DNA of 63,986 bases, filler included, from Octopus bimaculoides (Eukaryota): the NCBI RefSeq assembly GCF_001194135.2. It is 7 parts of 6 records of this genome, joined end to end, with 100 filler letters (N's around TTAATTAATTAA, not from the genome) between each part and the next. Parts side by side here need not be neighbours in the genome. Positions count along the whole stretch, not along the records: positions 56,114 to 62,864 come from NC_068982.1; positions 62,965 to 63,986 come from NW_026343560.1; 5 more parts are not named here. One strand, written 5' to 3'. Positions 61,695 to 63,986 of the stretch are shown here, one piece after another (the first letter of the stretch is position 1; each line of letters opens with the position of its first letter). The notes under the pieces are model-generated. The model ran no database searches and was not told the DNA's origin. It saw only the letters and a list, made by a program, of their open reading frames with translations. The translations under genes were made by a program, and so were the position numbers.

Positions 61695-61889
61695 AAGGCG
61701 ACGAGCAGATAGAATCGTTAGCACACAGGGGAAAATATTTAGTGACATTTCGTCCGTCCTTACGTTCTGAGTTCAAATTACACCGATTTCGATTTTGCCT
61801 TTCATCCTTTCGGGGGTCGATAAAGAAAGTACCAGTTGAGTACTGATGTCGATGTAATCGACTTAACCACCATCCCCGAAATTGTTGAC
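61695..61889 (+). mobile_element. SINE family B (runs into a gap)
   Basis: 'aaggcgacgagc...gagttcaaatt...gcctttcatcctttcgggggtcgataaag'. Confidence 0.85.
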
Positions 61890-62349
61890 NNNNNNNNNNN
61901 NNNNNNNNNNNNNNNNNNNNNNNNNNNNNNNNNNNNNNNNNNNNNNNNNNNNNNNNNNNNNNNNNNNNNNNNNNNNNNNNNNNNNNNNNNNNNNNNNNNN
62001 NNNNNNNNNNNNNNNNNNNNNNNNNNNNNNNNNNNNNNNNNNNNNNNNNNNNNNNNNNNNNNNNNNNNNNNNNNNNNNNNNNNNNNNNNNNNNNNNNNNN
62101 NNNNNNNNNNNNNNNNNNNNNNNNNNNNNNNNNNNNNNNNNNNNNNNNNNNNNNNNNNNNNNNNNNNNNNNNNNNNNNNNNNNNNNNNNNNNNNNNNNNN
62201 NNNNNNNNNNNNNNNNNNNNNNNNNNNNNNNNNNNNNNNNNNNNNNNNNNNNNNNNNNNNNNNNNNNNNNNNNNNNNNNNNNNNNNNNNNNNNNNNNNNN
62301 NNNNNNNNNNNNNNNNNNNNNNNNNNNNNNNNNNNNNNNNNNNNNNNNN

Positions 62350-62402
<53 letters not shown>

Positions 62403-62640
62403 GCACTATTAAGATAAACGTAGGTTTATATATATTTGTTCCTACGTATGTTTCAGCGTTATGGTTGCTTGGAAACTTCCATTTGGGTATTCCAAGTGGA
62501 GGAGTTCTAAACACAACGGTGTGCTTGTGCGTGCGTGCGTATGTGTGTGAGAGCGTGTTTATGTGTGTTTGTTTGTGTGTGTGTATGTGAGTATGTGTGT
62601 GTAAGTATGTGTGTGTATGTGTATGTGTGTGCGTGTGTGT

Positions 62641-62858
62641 TTGTGTTGGTATTTGTCCCTCACTACCTCTTAACAACCGGTGTTGATGTGTTTACGTCCT
62701 CGTAGCGTAACGGGTCAGCAAAAAGGCACCGATAGAATAAGTACTAGGTTTAGCAAAAAGAAATTAAGTACTGGGGTCGAGTCATTCGACAAAAAGAAAA
62801 CTTTTCAGGGCGATACCCCAGCATCGTCGTAGTCTAATGACTGAAACAAGTAAAAGAT
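62641..62858 (+). mobile_element. SINE family A, 3' part (diverged)
   Basis: 'tttgtccctcac...tttacgtcctcgtag...gatagaataagtactagg...ctgaaacaagtaaaaga'. Confidence 0.8.
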
Positions 62859-62864
62859 ATGTGT

Positions 62865-62964
62865 NNNNNNNNNNNNNNNNNNNNNNNNNNNNNNNNNNNN
62901 NNNNNNNNTTAATTAATTAANNNNNNNNNNNNNNNNNNNNNNNNNNNNNNNNNNNNNNNNNNNN
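62865..62964. other. Artificial assembly spacer
   Basis: 44N-TTAATTAATTAA-44N. Confidence 0.95.
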
Positions 62965-63008
<44 letters not shown>

Positions 63009-63269
63009 CCTCACTACTAATGTCCTTCACAAGTCTACAACAGTGCTTATTTTACACTAAACTGGCAATTTCCCAGTGTATTTCTATCACTTACACAAAC
63101 AGCATGGTTAAACCTTTAAAATGTTACAGCACAGTTGGAGGTTGGTGTTATTCAGTGCTTACAGCATAAATTATACCAGGAAAAGGATCCTCGCGGGATC
63201 ATCTCGGACTGTTTATATGTGTGTGAGCGCGTGTGTACGCGTTCGCGGCGCGTTTGTGTGCCTGTCTGT

Positions 63270-63271
63270 GT

Positions 63272-63319
<48 letters not shown>

Positions 63320-63413
63320 AGTAAAAATAAATGCAAAAAAGGGGGGGGTGTATGATTGTGTNNNNNNNNNNAAAAAGGGGGGGGTGTATGATTGTGTATA
63401 GAGGAATATACAA

Positions 63414-63455
<42 letters not shown>

Positions 63456-63986
63456 GTATATGTAGATATGCATACATATGTATGAATATACATACATGTA
63501 TAAATATATATATGTATACACGTGTATATTCATGCATATATATGTGTGTGTGTATATACTTCCAGTTAAATATGTGCGTGCGATATACATGTATGCGTAT
63601 ATGAACAGAAACGTACATACGTGTATGCATGCATATATACATACATACATACAAACATATAAACATACAAACATACGTGCATACATACACATATATATAA
63701 ACATACATACATGCATAGAAACATACATACATGCGAACATATATACATGCATACATACATACATGCATACATACATATAGATACATGTATTCCTATAATT
63801 ATGCTTGTTTCTACAATGTATGTATGAAAGAATATAAGTTATGCATACATATACATACACATACACACACATACGCAGAAATAAACACACCGACACATGC
63901 ATATATACATGTATCTATGTATATGTATATATGTGTGTTTGCGTGTGTGTTTATGTGTATGTATGAATGTATGTATGTATATGAAT
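63270..63986. repeat. TA/CATA/TG low-complexity region
   Basis: Read directly from the sequence. Confidence 0.9.

Noticed and set aside
63342-63400. Repeated 'aaaaaggggggggtgtatgattgtgt'
   Set aside because: Flanks a 10-N gap; overlap artefact.

Overview
Repeat-saturated, AT-rich animal genomic DNA. It is most likely from an octopus or other coleoid cephalopod; this is an inference from the tRNA-derived SINE families and the microsatellite load. The assembly is a draft, with many N gaps and six artificial 100-bp spacers (44N-TTAATTAATTAA-44N), so adjacency across them is uncertain. Only one host-gene exon is supported: 29205-29410 (+), encoding the N-terminal half of a discoidin (F5/8 type C) domain. 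The rest is transposon debris and simple repeats: at least four SINE families, RTE, CR1/L2-like and RLE-type (R4/Dong-like) LINE fragments, Penelope-like elements, Tc1, two hAT relics, two MITEs, Helitrons and a candidate solo LTR. The most interesting observations are: (1) a non-autonomous Helitron carrying an internal ~240-bp degenerate (TTAGGG)n array, head-to-tail with a second copy; (2) several minimal hammerhead-ribozyme motifs in Penelope termini, one with an intact catalytic core; (3) two LINE insertions from non-L1 clades with twin-priming-like 5' inversions; (4) R4/Dong-like and Penelope elements abutting microsatellites; (5) a GG-ended MITE with an 8-bp TSD; (6) long intronic inverted repeats that could form dsRNA. 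I found no clearly new protein-coding system. Family names come from motif recognition, not database searches, and most element boundaries are approximate.
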